Assembly: GCA_964457525.1 (NCBI GenBank)
Contig: CAYWGS010000067.1
Span: 1-7,676 of the forward strand
DNA: 7,676 nucleotides
Direction: 5' to 3'
Origin: an uncultured Erysipelotrichaceae bacterium
GTDB lineage: Bacteria > Bacillota_I > Bacilli_A > Erysipelotrichales > Erysipelotrichaceae
The position numbers and the translations under genes are program-made. The notes beneath the pieces were generated by a model that did no database searches, was not told the origin of the DNA, and saw only the letters and a list, made by a program, of their open reading frames with translations. Below are positions 6,261-7,676 of the stretch, one piece after another; the first letter of the stretch is position 1, and every line of letters begins with the position of its first letter.

Positions 6261-7379
6261 TTATGCAGAATCTCCCACAACTTCTTCATCATCTGTATAG
6301 AGATCATAGAAGTAATCACGTCCTAAATTGTAGTCTAAGAAGGAGTATCGAATACGATCAACACTTCGGTTTTTGAGTCCATCGATATTGATTACGTAGG
6401 ACTTGTGGATAAATGCACATCCTCTTTTTAAGTCTTGATGAAATACTTCAAAATAATAATTAGAGTTAAATTCATCAATAGTTTTACAATAATTTCCGTA
6501 TTCTTCAGTTAATGCACTAAGTTCTCGTATTTCTGTTACAGTTGGTTCTATTCCTTCATCGATATAATGCATGTTCACTAAGTCAAAGGCATCATCAATT
6601 TCGGTTGAGAAGGGTGCGAACTGATTATACCAACGTTCATATGCGGATATAAATTCTTCAGTCGATTCAGGATTATCGATCCAATCTTCGCGTTCAGTTG
6701 GGAACTCGAAGTTTGTATCTTGTGATGTCTTAAAGCGAATATTGAGGTTGCTTCTTTCATCATAGAATTCGCCATCCTTATTCAAACTAATCACATCGAC
6801 TAAGAATAGATTGTATAAGCGTGTGCTATAGAGATACGTTCCTTCATTGTAGAAATGAGCATTTAAATCTTTTACATAGGCGTAGGTATCGTAATCTCTT
6901 GAGATACTTCCCACGATGGATTTAAATAGTTTACCTGCTTCAAATCGATCACCAATCTTATTGATATCAAAGTTTACATAAAATTGATCATCTTCTTCTG
7001 TCACGGTTATGTAGTCATAGTCTTCGGTATACCTTGAAACATGTGTTTCAATACGACTTTGCATCTCTTCTTCGCTTATGACTTCTATCGCTTCATAGCC
7101 TGGTTCTATCTCATATACATAGGATTCTTCAACTGGAGGATTACTTTCAATGGATTCTCTTATATAGGGTGTCATATCTGACATATTCCATAATTGGAGA
7201 ACGACAAATGTTGTAAAGATTGTAATTCCAATAAATATCAAGAATGCTTTTAAGAGAGGATTATTGGTTTTTTTAGATTTCGTTTGTGGTGCTACAGTTT
7301 GATCTGCTCCACAGTTCATGCAAAAATGATCTCCTTCGTCGATATAAGCATGGCATGTATGGCATCTTTTTTGAATCAT
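6261..7379 (-). CDS. uncharacterised membrane protein: N-terminal C4 zinc ribbon, single TM helix, 286-aa acidic extracytoplasmic domain (paralog A)
   Basis: 372 aa. KRCHTC-x10-CMNCG (Cys6/9/20/23). TKSKKT basic patch, then the helix LLKAFLIFIGITIFTTFVVLQLW (aa 42-64). Residues 87-372 align without net gaps to aa 146-431 of the downstream ORF. Confidence 0.85.
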   Translation of the reverse strand: MIQKRCHTCHAYIDEGDHFCMNCGADQTVAPQTKSKKTNNPLLKAFLIFIGITIFTTFVVLQLWNMSDMTPYIRESIESNPPVEESYVYEIEPGYEAIEVISEEEMQSRIETHVSRYTEDYDYITVTEEDDQFYVNFDINKIGDRFEAGKLFKSIVGSISRDYDTYAYVKDLNAHFYNEGTYLYSTRLYNLFLVDVISLNKDGEFYDERSNLNIRFKTSQDTNFEFPTEREDWIDNPESTEEFISAYERWYNQFAPFSTEIDDAFDLVNMHYIDEGIEPTVTEIRELSALTEEYGNYCKTIDEFNSNYYFEVFHQDLKRGCAFIHKSYVINIDGLKNRSVDRIRYSFLDYNLGRDYFYDLYTDDEEVVGDSA

Positions 7380-7385
7380 TTTGTT

Positions 7386-7411
7386 ACCTCAGTCTTGTCT
7401 ATTATATCAAA
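7386..7411 (-). promoter_or_regulatory. conserved 26-nt core promoter/leader (extended -10 TGATATAAT plus SD GAGGT), copy 2
   Basis: Identical 26-mer to 6173-6198, located 6 nt upstream of the start codon (7377-7379). TATAAT = complement of 7401-7406. Confidence 0.5.
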
Positions 7412-7413
7412 TT

Positions 7414-7436
7414 AAAAAGTAATCATGATTGATTAC
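7414..7436 (-). terminator. small hairpin plus T5 directly after the HxlR-family stop codon (weak terminator and/or operator)
   Basis: GTAATC (7419-7424) / GATTAC (7431-7436) forms a 6-bp stem with a 6-nt loop. On the minus strand it is followed by TTTTT (complement of 7414-7418). It contains the perfect 10-bp palindrome AATCATGATT (7421-7430), which overlaps the position where a -35 box for the downstream promoter would lie. Confidence 0.3.
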
Positions 7437-7676
7437 TTAAGAACTTGTTTTATTGAGATCTAACTTATAGTAATGTGTTCCAAATCGTCTCATTTCATCT
7501 AGGACTGGACCTAATGATAAGCCTAACTCAGTTAAGGTATATTCCACCTTAGGTGGCACAACCGGATAGACTTTACGTTCAATGAGTCCATCTTCCTCTA
7601 ATCCTCTTAAACTCTGCGTCAACATCTTCTGGGTTACCCCTGGCATCACTCGTTTCATTTCACTGAATCGTTTTGT
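7437..7676 (-). CDS. HxlR-family winged-helix transcriptional regulator (5' end truncated by window edge)
   Basis: The reading frame is open to the window end: TKRFSEMKRVMPGVTQKMLTQSLRGLEEDGLIERKVYPVVPPKVEYTLTELG. This is the typical HxlR/MarR-like wHTH signature (PGIxQKMLTxxLRxLEEDGLIxRxVYPxVPPKVEYxLTxxG). The ATG at 7658 in the ORF track is internal. Confidence 0.85.
   Translation of the reverse strand, partial: TKRFSEMKRVMPGVTQKMLTQSLRGLEEDGLIERKVYPVVPPKVEYTLTELGLSLGPVLDEMRRFGTHYYKLDLNKTSS

Larger units (their letters stand above)
4872..7411 (-). repeat. diverged tandem duplication: two promoter-plus-gene units (4872-6198 and 6261-7411)
   Basis: The protein ectodomains align colinearly over 286 aa. 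Patches of nucleotide identity remain (e.g. taggtatcgtagtctcttg at 5494-5512 versus taggtatcgtaatctcttg at 6882-6900). The upstream 26-mers are identical. Confidence 0.8.

Noticed and set aside
6578-6775. 65-aa minus-strand ORF inside paralog A.
   Set aside because: It is an off-frame overlap with the 372-aa CDS, whose frame is validated by colinear homology to paralog B. It has no independent signals.
4872-7379. Interpreting the zinc-ribbon membrane proteins as anti-sigma factors (ZAS-type) or as TcaA homologues.
   Set aside because: The N-terminus is a double CxxC ribbon, not the HxxxCxxC ZAS motif. No sigma-factor gene is adjacent. Similarity to TcaA is architectural only, and I could not align any ectodomain motif to my memory of TcaA.
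1-7676. A possible G+C drop in the paralog block suggesting horizontal acquisition.
   Set aside because: Hand counts of single 60-nt lines overlap. Operon lines gave 24/60 (2341-2400), 23/60 (4201-4260) and 17/60 (3241-3300). Paralog-block lines gave 17/60 (5941-6000), 21/60 (5401-5460) and 20/60 (6841-6900). No clear shift can be claimed without a proper sliding-window or codon-usage analysis.
1-7676. Scan for CRISPR repeats, IS/transposon ends, integrase or recombinase genes, tRNA/rRNA, and toxin-antitoxin-sized gene pairs.
   Set aside because: I saw no regularly spaced direct repeats, no terminal inverted repeats flanking a block, no tRNA-like cloverleaf regions and no additional intergenic space. 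Apart from short regulatory gaps, the whole window is accounted for by the eight CDSs.

Overview
AT-rich, Gram-positive (Bacillota)-style locus made of two convergent halves. All family assignments come from reading motifs by eye; no searches were run. Plus strand (56-4851) carries a PTS-dependent N-acetylmuramic acid / MurNAc-GlcNAc catabolic (peptidoglycan-recycling) cluster. It encodes a stand-alone EIIA-Glc translationally coupled to a BglG/LicT-type PRD antiterminator. A leader follows with a sigma-A-like promoter, a RAT-like element and an overlapping intrinsic terminator. Downstream are a murP-like EIIBC, a DUF871/MupG-like 6-phospho-N-acetylmuramidase and the MurQ etherase. Minus strand (4872-7676) carries a partial HxlR-family regulator followed by two tandem, diverged paralogs. 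Each paralog encodes an N-terminal C4 zinc ribbon, transmembrane helix(es) and a 286-aa acidic extracytoplasmic domain that I cannot place in any characterised family. Each copy is preceded by an identical 26-nt segment spanning an extended -10 box and the Shine-Dalgarno. No rRNA, tRNA, CRISPR array, transposase or integrase was recognised. The paralog pair is the best candidate for something undescribed. The apparent antiterminator (rather than MurR-type) control of a MurNAc operon is the second most notable point.
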